A stretch of 58,364 nt of DNA. It comes from Cyanophora paradoxa CCMP329. Its lineage: Eukaryota > Plantae > Glaucophyta. The position numbers and the translations under genes were made by a program. The notes under the pieces are model-generated. The model was not told the origin of the DNA and made no database searches. It saw nothing but the letters and a program-made list of their open reading frames with translations. The stretch is from assembly GCA_004431415.1 (NCBI GenBank), contig QPMI01000697.1, positions 1-58,364 of the forward strand, given 5' to 3'. Shown piece after piece: positions 11,874 to 23,693 of this stretch. Within the stretch, counting starts at the first letter, position 1. Every line of letters starts with the position of its first letter.

Positions 11874-12806
11874 ATGAACCGGCTCGTTAATATTGATAGC
11901 AGGGATAGAAGCCAAGGACAAAATGAAAACTCTTACAGGGTCACCCTCACAACTCCAGTAGAGAGACCAAGGGAATGCAGGGTTCTATATGCAGAGATTC
12001 CAAACAGCATCTATAACAGTGTGGGAACTGATCATCTAACAGTTCAGTTTAATTACCAAGATGGTTCATATAACCAAGTGATCACACAACAAGTGTATCC
12101 CCTTCCCAGTGGCTACATCAATCAGGGTCATTTTGGGGTAACACACCCTTATAATTATGGGCTGAACTATTCAAGCTTCCAAACCATTGCAGGCAAAACA
12201 GTAGCTTTTGAGTTCAAGATATTCTATAACCCAACTACCTATAAAGTGGAGTTTTACAGTAACCATGAGTTTCGTTTTATTGCAAGCAACCAGAGAATAG
12301 GGAAGCTTTTGGGTGTAAGTTCTACTGAATACACCAATGGGTATTATAGCACTCCTCCTGTTGGTGGATCACCCTATCGACCTGAGAACCTGTTAAAGTA
12401 TGATGGCAAACCTATTACACCTGATCACCCAGCATGGGGAACCACCTTTTCAGGACCCAGACTCTCATCTAAGCCCTTGCAATATTATTTTGACAGCAGA
12501 AAGATGTCTGATATGAATGCTGAGCAGTATCTATACATGCACATTAAAGAGCTTGCCCCTTTTGCCAGCAGACACAATATAGTTCCGAAATCGCAACCAC
12601 ACAACCAGGGGGCAATCCTTAGATTGCAATTGAGTAAAGATATAGGTGGCTATGTTTACCATAGTGGTGAGCATGCCGAATTTATTCAAATAAATGACAG
12701 AAACCTGGTGATAAGGGAACTCACAGTTGAGTTTAAAGATTACTTTGGTGAACTGATTGATATGAATGGAATCGATAATTCTTTTCAGTTGGAGTTTATC
12801 GAATAA
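11874..12806 (+). CDS. Minor capsid (penton) protein 2
   Basis: VNIDSRDR..YAEIPNS and IRELTVEFKDYFGELIDMNGIDNSFQLEF. Confidence 0.85.
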   Translation: MNRLVNIDSRDRSQGQNENSYRVTLTTPVERPRECRVLYAEIPNSIYNSVGTDHLTVQFNYQDGSYNQVITQQVYPLPSGYINQGHFGVTHPYNYGLNYSSFQTIAGKTVAFEFKIFYNPTTYKVEFYSNHEFRFIASNQRIGKLLGVSSTEYTNGYYSTPPVGGSPYRPENLLKYDGKPITPDHPAWGTTFSGPRLSSKPLQYYFDSRKMSDMNAEQYLYMHIKELAPFASRHNIVPKSQPHNQGAILRLQLSKDIGGYVYHSGEHAEFIQINDRNLVIRELTVEFKDYFGELIDMNGIDNSFQLEFIE

Positions 12807-14352
12807 AGGCACCTGTAAAGTCAACTCTCATTGTGGGAGCATTCACATACACAAGGGGATAAATGCGAATATATTTAATTCTGAGAGAAAAACCTATGTA
12901 AAAAGCATCCTTGATGCTGAGAGGAAATCCACTCAATAGAGCCACATCACCTGAGTTGTGAGCATTGTTAATGTTCTCACAGACATATATTTTGTTTTGC
13001 CCATCTGATCGAATAAAAGACCAGTTGATCCCATCAGTGGATGTTGCCACATTGAAAGTCTTAATAAAAGCATTGGTGTCCCCTGAACCATAGGCAATAA
13101 CAGAGGAGAGTTCGAAAGTATATGGGAAAGCAACTTGAAGGTATTCAGTGGGGGTTTCCCATATCTGCTCAGGAGCATAGGCTCCAGCTTCCCAGCCAAA
13201 TGCTGAAGGTCTAGCCATGAAAGGCTCTTTACCTGTCACAGAGGATGAGGCAGTGAAGGCATCATCTGCAAGCTGATACCAATTTGCATCCAAAGGAGGT
13301 GATGTAGTGAGAGTGGATGAGATGTAAGCCTTTGTAGGGTTCTTTAATTCATAGTTTGCTACTAGAATGCTGCAAAGCTTATTAATCATATCATTGTTTG
13401 CTGCTATGTATGTTTCAGTGAATGCTAGCATATCTGGGATCTTAGAAGTGTCATCAAGGGAGCTTACTATGTGATTTGGAAGTGGGACTGATAGCCTATA
13501 GTATCTACCATAATCTTGATCATAGTTGTAGGGTAACAACTCCTCCATCTTATCAAGGGCAGAAAGCTCACTTGCAGCCATGAGCATGTTAATCAATGGG
13601 CTTCCATCTGTTGAGGCAATCCATGAGAGAATGCCCCAGCTGTTCACAGTCTCATAAGCATAACCCACATAATCAGACTCTAAATGTGGGTCCACCTCAC
13701 CACAAGAGATACTTATTACTATTATATCATCATCATCACTGTAAATCTTCTTTGCATGGCTGTAACCACACACACTGGGATTATTGTTTCCCGAAATGGC
13801 ACCATCAATGAGACAGACAAATACTCCCCGATTGAAATCAACAATGCTTACAGGAGAGAAATATGTAGGAGCAGCAGAAGTAGCCCTAGCAGCAATCTTA
13901 CAAGGCATAAAGTTGTAGTTGTTGTCATTTGTGATAAATATTGGTTTCATATTCTGAGTATCAAAGGATGTAATCACAATGTCCTTTAGGGAATCCTGTA
14001 TTAGTGATTCACCAGTAACTGAATTAATTGCAGTCTCCAAGGGTCCCACATCATATTTTGTATTAAAAAGGGCATTTTCGATGATATTTCGAGGATTTGC
14101 GAAAATCAAGGGCAGTTGAGTTAGGTAAATATTGTGTAAATCGTTTGCTGTCAGTTTAGGTTCACCTGGTTTATCAGGATGCCTGATATTCAAACCTATT
14201 GCAATGATCCCACCAGTGGAAGTTCCACTTACAAGATCCACAAGATCGATTACTCTTCTGCCAGTTCGATTTTCGATTTCTTTTAGCAGCCTGGTTATGA
14301 TAATGCCCCTTGCACCCCCGCCAGAAAGACTTAAAACGACCTTGAGAGGCAT
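12796..14352 (-). CDS. Patatin-like phospholipase fused to F5/8 type C (discoidin) domain
   Basis: GGGARG, GTSTG, ATSAAPTYF and DGA motifs. C-terminal FTASS..EYLQV..IKTFNVATSTDGINW..KYIRIYP..MRVDF. Confidence 0.92.
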   Translation of the reverse strand: MPLKVVLSLSGGGARGIIITRLLKEIENRTGRRVIDLVDLVSGTSTGGIIAIGLNIRHPDKPGEPKLTANDLHNIYLTQLPLIFANPRNIIENALFNTKYDVGPLETAINSVTGESLIQDSLKDIVITSFDTQNMKPIFITNDNNYNFMPCKIAARATSAAPTYFSPVSIVDFNRGVFVCLIDGAISGNNNPSVCGYSHAKKIYSDDDDIIVISISCGEVDPHLESDYVGYAYETVNSWGILSWIASTDGSPLINMLMAASELSALDKMEELLPYNYDQDYGRYYRLSVPLPNHIVSSLDDTSKIPDMLAFTETYIAANNDMINKLCSILVANYELKNPTKAYISSTLTTSPPLDANWYQLADDAFTASSSVTGKEPFMARPSAFGWEAGAYAPEQIWETPTEYLQVAFPYTFELSSVIAYGSGDTNAFIKTFNVATSTDGINWSFIRSDGQNKIYVCENINNAHNSGDVALLSGFPLSIKDAFYIGFSLRIKYIRIYPLVYVNAPTMRVDFTGAFIR

Positions 14353-14395
14353 CTTTTACTTATCAGGAATTTTATAAATCCATATAGTAAAAGCC
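14353..14395. promoter_or_regulatory. Symmetric bidirectional viral promoter candidate
   Basis: 43-bp divergent spacer with AGTAAAAG before each ATG and a central palindrome ATTTATAAAT. Confidence 0.5.
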
Positions 14396-17300
14396 ATGAG
14401 CTTCAATTACCCACCAAATCTAGAAACCATTCAAGATGATAATGCAAGCAGCACCAAGCATGTGAACTTTGATAATATTAAAGTAAAGGGTTCAGTTTCA
14501 ATTGACCACAGCTCTGATAATTCATCAAAGACTCAATCAAGGGAGCATGCTTTATCTGTGAATCAAACCGATCCAGATAAGGAGGAAGTCAGTGTAGCTT
14601 TTAGCTTGGGTAATGTGAAAGCAAACCAAGTGGCAGAGATCAAAGCAACAAGAAGGAGACCTAGGAAACTAAAAACCAGTGGCACTCATCCAGATATACC
14701 TTCCAGGTTTGATAGTGGTCGTTTGGTTTTCAATGTTCAAGATGAGCAGGGCAAACAGAACACAGCTTTGCGAATTTACAATGAGGGCAGCACTGCAAAA
14801 GCTGAGGTCCCCAAGTATTGCAAGTGGGTCCCATTGCCAACACAAATCAGGTCTCCTACACAAATGATGTCTACCCAAAGGATATTACATATGACTTTGC
14901 AAGGAATGAGCCTTTTGGGTTCTTTACTCCAAAAGATGTCCATCAAAAAAAGCCATCAATTACAATCAACAGTAGCCCCAGTCAACCAGTAGCAATCCAT
15001 TTACATCCTGATTTAGTCGAAATGGATAGGCACCTTTTGCCTTTGTATAGCAATGTGAAAGACCTTGGAATTCGAACCAGGCAATGGCGAAATATCCATG
15101 GCAGTAATGTGTATGCAAATGGTGAGAAGCTTGTAAGTGAGAAGACCATAAGAGAGATCTTTGAGTATTATGGACCTGTCCCAGTTCCCTTCCCTCTTCC
15201 ATGGGATCCACCGGATTTAACACCAAAGAAGCAGCCTGGAAGAGAATACACAGCAACTGAAGATGTAGCCTTTGGGCAGCATATTGTTAGTTGGGAGCAA
15301 GTTCGCAATAAACCGATAATTGAACCCAGAAAGCAAATAGATGAGCAGTATTTACCTCCTGAAGTCGATATTTTAGAGCTTGATGAATATCAATTCGTTC
15401 CAGATGAGGAGGAGTATTTACCAGATGGTTTTGACCCACAAGAATATGAATATGATCAGTATGACCCCAATGAGGAGGAGATACTACCAGATGGCTTAGA
15501 TCCTCAAGAGTATGAGTATGAGCAGAACTATGAACCTGATGAGGAGTATTTACCAGATGGTCATGATCCACCAGTTGTTGACTATGAGCAACCTTATGAA
15601 CCCCATGAGGAATTATTACCAGATGGATTTCGACCTGAGATCTGGGAGTTCTTTCCTGATTATGAACAAATTAATAATAAACCTGCAAAGTATCCCCCAG
15701 AGGATCACAATCATGATTGGGATGAGATCTTAGGCAAACCTCAAAAGTATCCACCAGAGGATCACAGGCATGATTGGGGTGAAATTGATGGGATACCTAC
15801 TGAGTTCCCACCAAGCAAACATGAACATATTTGGGATGAGATCAATGACCAACCAGAATTTGCAAAGGTAGAGCCTCTTGATAACTTGGGGGTTTCTCTT
15901 TACCAGACTTGCAATGTCCCTGAAAGAATCTTTTTGAATGAACACTATGTACATGTGAATGGGACACTTGCGAATTCAGCTATGAGAGGACCACTTCATA
16001 TTAGGACATTACCAGGCTCTTATGAAACCCCACCTGAACCAGGAGCAACCATACCAAATATCTTTGTGTCAAGCTACATGGAGGCTGACATTCCCACAGA
16101 TACATTCAGAGTCCCAACAGACCCAGCAACCTACCAAAATTACAACTCTGCTATACAGGTTCATGTAGCAGATGTAAGCAGCTTAGATGGCTCAAGACCA
16201 ATGATAGTATTCAGTCGAGATAAATATTCCTACATTCCCATAGTGGGAACTGCAAATGATAACTATGGGAGGGCAGAGCTTGCATGGATTAAAACAGATT
16301 ATGGTGGGGTTCTGGAAGCTAATCAGAGGATGGCTGCAAAAAACATACACAATGAGAACATTTCGAGAGTGGTCACAGAGGATTACCTTACTGCAGTAAT
16401 CCTTGTTAATTTTGTAACCCTTGCTATGCTTGATCAATTTATTACAGAAGCTGAACTTGCAGCAGAACTATCCAAATATCTCCCTCTTGTGGGTGGGACA
16501 ATCACAGGAAACCTCACAGTTAATAGTAATATTTACAGCAGCAATATAGTGACCAGCAACCTAAAAGTAAATGGAATCCTCACAATTGGCTCTTGCAATT
16601 TCAATACCATGAATCAGGTTTACGAAGAATGGTATGATGTCCCACCAAGCTTTGATCCAGCATCAAATATCTCGAACTGCATTTTTGCTTGGAAGGCATC
16701 AGGAGTACCAGGTCAATCAGCAATGTATACAACTATAGTAAGCAGAGTCCCGAATTCAGTTGTTCCAGACTTGTTTATCTACGGAGCCAGTTCCTATTAC
16801 ACCAATCCCGAAATCAACAACCAAATTAGTGTTTCAAGCCCAACAGGTACTTTTTATGCATATACCTCAGCTACAAGGACTATTGATTTTTCAAATGGGC
16901 TTACATTTTTCTTTGTGGGAAAATATCATCCAACAACCTCTTCTATGCAAGTTCATTTGAGACTTTACAGAAGCGCCTCTCCATCACGATATTGTTATTA
17001 TGGGGCTACATCTTCTACTGCTATTGGAATGAACCAGTTCACTATTAATGGAGTATCCCAAACCCGCCCAGTTATTACGGTTCCTTCTTTAATAAATACA
17101 TGGTATTACACTGACCAAACAATTACTTCTAGCAGCTACACAGTCGGGTTAAATGGAGTAGATATTCAAACACTTGTAGGAACGAATTATCTACCAGATA
17201 ATACTGTCAATCATTTCGGATTTGGTAATATTGTGAATGGTGGTATTTCCGAGTTGATTGTTTTCAATAGGGCTTTGACAACTTCTGAAAAGAATGCTGT

Positions 17301-19536
17301 GAGGTATTACATTCAACAAAAATATGGATTCACTCATACCCAGACTCTGAATATTTACAGAGGATTAAAAATAACCTCACCTGATACTGTAATAGATTAC
17401 CTTACAGTTACAAGCAATGCAAATTTACCACATCATCCAACCTCTAATGTGGTTCAAGGTTGGATTCAAAATCACACTCACACAAAAGCCCAGATTACAG
17501 ATTTTGACCACACCCATGCCTGGTCGAATATTGTAGATAAACCTTTGACCTTCCCTCCCAGTTCTCACAATCACTTATGGGAGCATATCACAGACAAGCC
17601 ATTGACATTCCCTCCCAGTTCTCACAATCACTTATGGGAGCATATCACAGACAAGCCATTGACATTCCCTCCTGATTCCCATACTCATGATTATACCCAG
17701 ATCACCAACTGTAATCACAGACACCCTTGGAGTGAAATTGACCAGCAACCCAAATTTGCATCTGCAGGCAACCTGCTAACAGACTTCCCACATGGTGTGA
17801 GTCTTTACCAGAGTAATACCATACCTGAGAGGCTACAACTAAATGATTATTATGTCAATCGAAAGGGTATTGATGCAGGCACTACTATGGAAGGTGAATT
17901 ATACATTAGACCCCCTACAAGAATGCAGATGATTGCAGCAGGTGGAAATTTCGGAGCATTGGACACCAAACCAGGTATCTATTTAACCAGTTACTATGCT
18001 GATGACATCCCAATGACAGGAGGATTAATATCTCTACCATCTGATCCAGTCAACTATGATGACAAAGATGCAGCAATCCAAATTAATGTTACTGATGTGA
18101 GTGATTTGGATGGTTCAAGACCAAAATTAATATTCAGCAGGGAGAGACTGTTACCTGATGCTCTCATAGGAAATCGAGATGACTATAAGAGATGTGAGAT
18201 GGCATGGATCAAAACGAATTATAATGGTGGAGTTGGTGAGGGAGTTCTAGAGATCAATCAGAGGGCAGCAGCAAAGAATATTCACAATGAGACCATATCA
18301 AGAGTGGTGACAGAGGATTACCTTCAAGCCCAGAACTACATAGATGAAACAGAACTTAATACAATCATTGCAGGTATACATGTCACAGGAAATTACCTCC
18401 CTCTCACAGGTGGGATTATTGATGGAACAGTAACAGCATGCAACTTCTTTGTTCATACTGAAAGCAATCAAACCTTCCCTGTGGTTCATCCAGGAGGTGA
18501 GTATGAGATACCAGATGATCCAGCTATAATGCCCATCAAGATTGATCTACCTTCTGATTATGTTGGAAGGGGTGAACTGAAGACAATTTCATTCACAGGA
18601 GACTATAATGATCTCATCAATAAACCTACTGCTGCAAATCTGCATCCTGTTGCATTTTCGGGGAGTTTCCTTGATCTCAATAATAGATCACACACCCACA
18701 CAAAAGCAGAGATCACAGATTTTGCACACACTCACACAAAATCCCAGATCACAGATTTTGCACACACCCATACAAGGGAAGAAATAACGAATTTTGCTCA
18801 CGCCCATTTTAAATCCGAGATCTCAGATTTTGCACACACTCATGTAAAGAGTGAGATTACAGATTTTGCCCACAATCACACAAAGGCAGAGATTACAGAT
18901 TTTGCACACACTCATGATTGGAATACAGATATTTATAACAAACCCGCGATATTCTCAGGTAACTACAATGATCTGACCAATAGACCAACTCTTGATCCCT
19001 TTACAGCAACCACTATTAGAGCCAACAACACTATGTATGTAGGATCGGGTCAGATAGTAGAACCAGCAGGACCTATGTTTGATGAAACATGGTTCTTCCA
19101 CAATTCGCAGAATTATTATGATCAAACTCTATTGGTCAGAGGAAATGCATATGCAAGGAATTTTTATGCTATGAACCCTACCGATAGCTCGACTATTAGT
19201 AGATGTATTACAGAGGCGGATCTTTCCAGTCAACTCAATGCATATTTTAATGGGAAAATCCAAGCAGGAACGTATGTTTACACTACTCCTTATCTTTGGG
19301 CAAACCCTGACCATAGATTTAACCTCACTATTAATTTCAACAGCAGTTTTGCTAACCCTCCTATTGTAACAACCGGTATACAACACAATGAGACAGCCTA
19401 CTACTACCGCATGTATGTTAGGCTTAAACAAGTTTACAGTAGCTATTTCACATGTGAGCTTGAAATAGTTCCATTAAGTTCTTTTGACAGACCAGGATTT
19501 CCAGTTACAATTCATTACACTGCTGTCGCAATTTAA
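14396..19536 (+). CDS. Giant fibre/spike protein (~1,710 aa, one frameshift near 14815)
   Basis: Acidic LPDG repeats, phage-fibre HxH repeats, YLPLxGG motifs, a LamG-like domain (ISELIVFNRALT..YIQQKYG), an internal duplication, and an H-lectin/gp53-like C-terminus. Confidence 0.8.
17548..17672 (+). repeat. 57-bp coding tandem repeat (TFPPSSHNHLWEHITDKPL)
   Basis: Near-exact direct duplication visible in the DNA. Confidence 0.85.
18690..18916 (+). repeat. 36-bp coding tandem repeat (HTHTKAEITDFA, ~6 copies)
   Basis: 12-aa periodic repeat in the translation. Confidence 0.85.
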
Positions 19537-19555
19537 CTATTTCGTTATTACAAAG

Positions 19556-20604
19556 ATGACCTCTCTATTAGAAATCCCAAACTACGAATTTGCAGCCAAA
19601 TCAATCCATAGCACCTCTCATGGAGTAGTTGATTCAACCCTGGGTATATTTGCACTGAAACTTCAAGCAACACCTCTTTCACAGAGAACAATATACTCAG
19701 AGTCAAAGAAATTCGATGTGATCGCAATGGAGGCAAGATAAGAACCACAGGAATTATAATCTCGAATAAAAATCAAGTTCAAGCAGGTCAAGTAGTTCCC
19801 GATTCAGCAATATATGATAATGTGAGTGGATTTACCACTGCACAGATAGTTACTTTTGGGAACACAAGCAATACTGCAGCTCTTGTAGTTAAGAGTGGAG
19901 GGGCATACTTTGGAGAGGCATTAAAGGTGAATGGAACAGTAACAGCACCCATACTAAATGCTGGAAGTGGAACTTTTGAGAGTCCAATAACTTTTCAGGG
20001 TGGATTTAATGCGAGTAGTCTTTCAGTTGGTGTTGGTGTCTTCTCCACAAAGTTAAACACACCTGAAATTCAAACAACAGCTGCACTGAATATAAAAAGA
20101 AATGCAGTTGTTACAGCAACCATTAACAGTGTTTCCCCATCCATTGATCTACTTAAATATCTGAAAGTTCCACACCCTCGTTTTTGTGTTGTTGCTTATT
20201 CAACATCAGGATTTAATGTTGGAGCAACAGTAGCAACAAGGAAATTCACTTATAATAGAGTTCTTGTAGATGCAAGCAATAGTGTCAGCAACGCAGGCTA
20301 TTTTACAGCACCTGTTTCAGGAATTTATAGATTCTTCTTTATGGTTCAAATGTCAACAACAGCATCCACAGGGGAGTGTAGAATTAGTTTTCAAAAGAAT
20401 GATTTGTTTATTTCCCCCCAATCGGTTCAAGTATTTTCAACTTTCAATGGAAAGCGAAGTGTTCACATGGAGGCTTCTTTTCCTGTATATGAAAACGAAT
20501 CTGTGAATGTCATACATATCTGGTCATCATACATATATGTTGAACCAACGGGGACAATTGGTGGTACTACCTGTTTCGGGGGGCATCTCATCAGTAGATT
20601 ATAA
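19556..20604 (+). CDS. Fibre paralogue 1 with C1q/TNF-like head (one frameshift near 19645)
   Basis: Restored N-terminus aligns with 20627 (ICTET..IRCDRNGGKIRTT); FTAPVSGIYRFFF C1q motif. Confidence 0.8.
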
Positions 20605-20626
20605 ACTTTTTGTAGGGGTTTTATAG

Positions 20627-21649
20627 ATGGCTACCCAAATCGCAGTCCCTGTTTTCTGTTATGCAGCGCCTAAATTGCATCAACTGAACCACACAGTCAC
20701 AGATGCTATTCCCGGGTTTATTTGCACAGAAACCACAGGAGCAGATTCGTTTACTCAAAATTCGATTATCAGATGCAAGGAAATTCGATGTGATAGAAAT
20801 GCTGGAAAAATAAGAACCACTCAATTAATCGTGAGTAACAAGAATCAGGTTTTAACAGGTGGTGTAGTTGCTGATGCAGCAATTTATGATGATGCAGGAG
20901 GGGTGACCACACCACAAATTGTTACTTTTGATGGGACAGAAAATAATGCAGCACTTGTAGTTAAATCAGGTGGAGCATGGATAGGTTCGGGAGCTTTTGT
21001 GAATGGGACACTCTCAGCTACAAACGTTTTAATTTCAGGAGCAACAACATTTACAGGTGTTGTGAATGCAAATGGTGGTCTTTCTGTTCCTACTAATACA
21101 GTCCCTGTAATGACCACAACCACAAAGATACAAACACCTGAAATAGATACAGGAGCAAATGTGGATCTGATTCTGAAACGAAATAGTACAGAAGTTGCAC
21201 GAATTGATGCAGGAGGTCTCACAATCGCAGCAAACTTTTATTTGAAGCAAGCAACCCAACCTCGATTCTGTGTTGGGTTCGGTTTAGCAACAAGAGATGC
21301 AGTCTTTGGACGTCTTACGAATTGGTTGCATGAATTCTTTGATAATACCAACTCATTCGATTTAGTAGAAGGGAAATTCACAGCACCTGTTTACGGAGAT
21401 TACAGATTCTCTCTAACTGCTTATAGTATTACTACATCAACTGTGAGTGTAGATCTGAAAGTAAATGATCAGAATGTTTCAACAGAATTCAATTTCAGGG
21501 TAAACAACTCACAAACTGTAACCAACAAAACAATCAATTTGAGCGCAATAGTAAGACTTGGAGCAGGCGATAATGTTTCTATTCATGCTAATCATACTTA
21601 TCTTTCGGAATTCACAACATTTAGTGGCGAATTGCTGAGCATAATTTAA
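20627..21649 (+). CDS. Fibre paralogue 2 with C1q/TNF-like head
   Basis: FTAPVYGDYRF, LGAGDNV and FSGELL motifs. Confidence 0.85.
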   Translation: MATQIAVPVFCYAAPKLHQLNHTVTDAIPGFICTETTGADSFTQNSIIRCKEIRCDRNAGKIRTTQLIVSNKNQVLTGGVVADAAIYDDAGGVTTPQIVTFDGTENNAALVVKSGGAWIGSGAFVNGTLSATNVLISGATTFTGVVNANGGLSVPTNTVPVMTTTTKIQTPEIDTGANVDLILKRNSTEVARIDAGGLTIAANFYLKQATQPRFCVGFGLATRDAVFGRLTNWLHEFFDNTNSFDLVEGKFTAPVYGDYRFSLTAYSITTSTVSVDLKVNDQNVSTEFNFRVNNSQTVTNKTINLSAIVRLGAGDNVSIHANHTYLSEFTTFSGELLSII

Positions 21650-21668
21650 TTTCTACAAGTAGTATAGA

Positions 21669-21932
21669 ATGTCGAATATCTACCAAGTGGTTCTTTCAGA
21701 TACTGAAAATCTCGCAATGGAATATTGCGCTTTATCTGTTCAAGATTGGATTGATAATGCTGTTCACAACAGGGCGAGAATTGCAATTGATGAAATTGTT
21801 CAGAAAGAGATTCAATCTTGCATCTCATCAGGAGTTCAAATACCAACCTCAAAGGAAGCAATTGTGTCACAGGCATTCCAAAGGGGAACTGTAAAGAAAG
21901 GTATTGAGTATAATAATGTTACAGAAGAGTAG
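21669..21932 (+). CDS. Small protein resembling phage tail-fibre-associated proteins
   Basis: EYCALSVQDWIDNAVHNRARIAIDEI resembles, from recollection, small ORFs that follow fibre genes in aquatic phages. Confidence 0.6.
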   Translation: MSNIYQVVLSDTENLAMEYCALSVQDWIDNAVHNRARIAIDEIVQKEIQSCISSGVQIPTSKEAIVSQAFQRGTVKKGIEYNNVTEE

Positions 21933-21969
21933 TGAACATTATTTTCTTTCCTTCTTAGTAAAAGAAGCA

Positions 21970-22814
21970 ATGGGTGAATATAATCGAGTTCAACTGCCTA
22001 TATATTCCTTGGATCCCCTGCAATGCATTTTCGCCAGCATGAAGTTAATGATGAGGTTCGTGGTTTAGAATCCACAGAGAGACCCAACTCCAATGGTAAC
22101 TCCTTTGATAAAAATTCGATTATTCGAGTTAAAGAGCTGAGAGCTGATAAGAATTCTGGTGTGGTTAAAACAACTCGACTGCTTGTCACAAATGCAAACT
22201 TCTTTCAGCCTACCAATGGAGGTCCAGATGCTTACAGTGTTGATCTGAAAGCCCTTGATTTCGATAAGAATTCTGCAGCTGTCACTGTGAGATCAGGAGG
22301 AGCATTTATTGGGGGTGGCTGTCGAATTTCAGGTCAGCTTTCATCCTCAATTTCGTATAATGATGTCCCAGATACTCTAGAGCAAAATGTGGAAGACCCC
22401 CAACGAATTCGATTATATACTCCTGTCGCACAGCAGCCATTAATTCAATTTTACATTGGATATACTGTTACTCTTGAAAACTCGGAATTAATTGAAGGAA
22501 CCAAAAGAGTACTGAGAGGTCTTGCGATTCCATCTGCAATGCTTTCCCTTTGTAGAGCCAACAACAATCAAGTAGGTCATAAATACTATTTCAATGTTCA
22601 GGGATATAATCATTTCGGTTATGGCTACTGTGTTTATAATAATAATTTCACCTTTGACTTGTTTGTTACAGATATTGGGTTATATACTATAACTCTTATC
22701 GGTTTGAGAACAGATATAGCCGCTGTATCAGCTCTTAGAGGTGTAACTCCTGATACTCTTTCAGTTACAGGGTTTTACCAAGAGCCAGATGTAATTGATG
22801 ACCCAACCCCATAA
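21970..22814 (+). CDS. Fibre paralogue 3 (frameshift near 22012)
   Basis: Shares the KELRADKNSG..TTRLLVTN..SGGAFIG N-terminal domain; non-C1q C-terminus. Confidence 0.75.
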
Positions 22815-22837
22815 AAGATATATCCCTTTAATGTAAA

Positions 22838-23671
22838 ATGGCTGAGCAACCCCCACTTGAACGAATTATTACACCACAGCTATCATTAGCTGCCCCAGCA
22901 AACCATGTTCTGCAGCATGCTACCTTTGATGATGTAGAGGGTCTCCAATCAACAGAGGTCCAACCTACAATGAACACCTTTGGTTCCACCCACAAACTGA
23001 GATTACAGGAACTCAGATGTGATAAAAATAATGGTATAGTTAAGACAACTAAGCTACTTGTCACAAATGCAAACTTTTCTGCTCATTATGGAGACCCAGA
23101 TAGCTATGGAGATCCTCTGTCTACTTATTCTTTTGAATCTAGGTCGGGAGCTATTAACTGCAAATCGGGGGGAGCTTATATTGGTGATGGTCTTAGGGTT
23201 GGTGGGGCTGTTGGAGCGCCTTTATTTGTGAATGATCAACCCAATCCCATTGATCCCAATACAAGAATTCGAACCTATGTCCCCAGCATGAATGCCCCAT
23301 ACATTATAAAGATATTCCCCATTGTTGTAAATGAACAAACAGCAGTAGTAGACTCTCTTGTTGAAATTGGTGACCACTACAAGGTAGTTGTGGATATCCC
23401 ACCAGATGTTTATGCTCTTTGTCAAGTAGAGGGTGGAACTCCTAATTTTGCAGTTGTGATCACCCCATATGATAATTTTGGTATTGCTTATCATGGAGTC
23501 AATTTCGGTTTAGAAGATTACCAGTTCCTGGTTAGAGCCACCAAGTTTGGTATCTACAAGTGTGTATTATATGCTGAGAGAACCGATTTTATTGCAAAGC
23601 AGAATACCTATGCTGAATACTATGGGACAAATCGATATTTCCCCATTTTTGGGCAGGATACTGCTCCATAA
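22838..23671 (+). CDS. Fibre paralogue 4
   Basis: QELRCDKNNG..TTKLLVTN..SGGAYIG; C-terminus homologous to paralogue 3. Confidence 0.78.
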   Translation: MAEQPPLERIITPQLSLAAPANHVLQHATFDDVEGLQSTEVQPTMNTFGSTHKLRLQELRCDKNNGIVKTTKLLVTNANFSAHYGDPDSYGDPLSTYSFESRSGAINCKSGGAYIGDGLRVGGAVGAPLFVNDQPNPIDPNTRIRTYVPSMNAPYIIKIFPIVVNEQTAVVDSLVEIGDHYKVVVDIPPDVYALCQVEGGTPNFAVVITPYDNFGIAYHGVNFGLEDYQFLVRATKFGIYKCVLYAERTDFIAKQNTYAEYYGTNRYFPIFGQDTAP

Positions 23672-23693
23672 GAATATTGGTTATATATAGAGT

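Noticed and set aside
14396-23671. Diversity-generating retroelement or invertase shufflon acting on the fibre genes
   Set aside because: No reverse transcriptase, template/variable repeat pair or site-specific recombinase seen.
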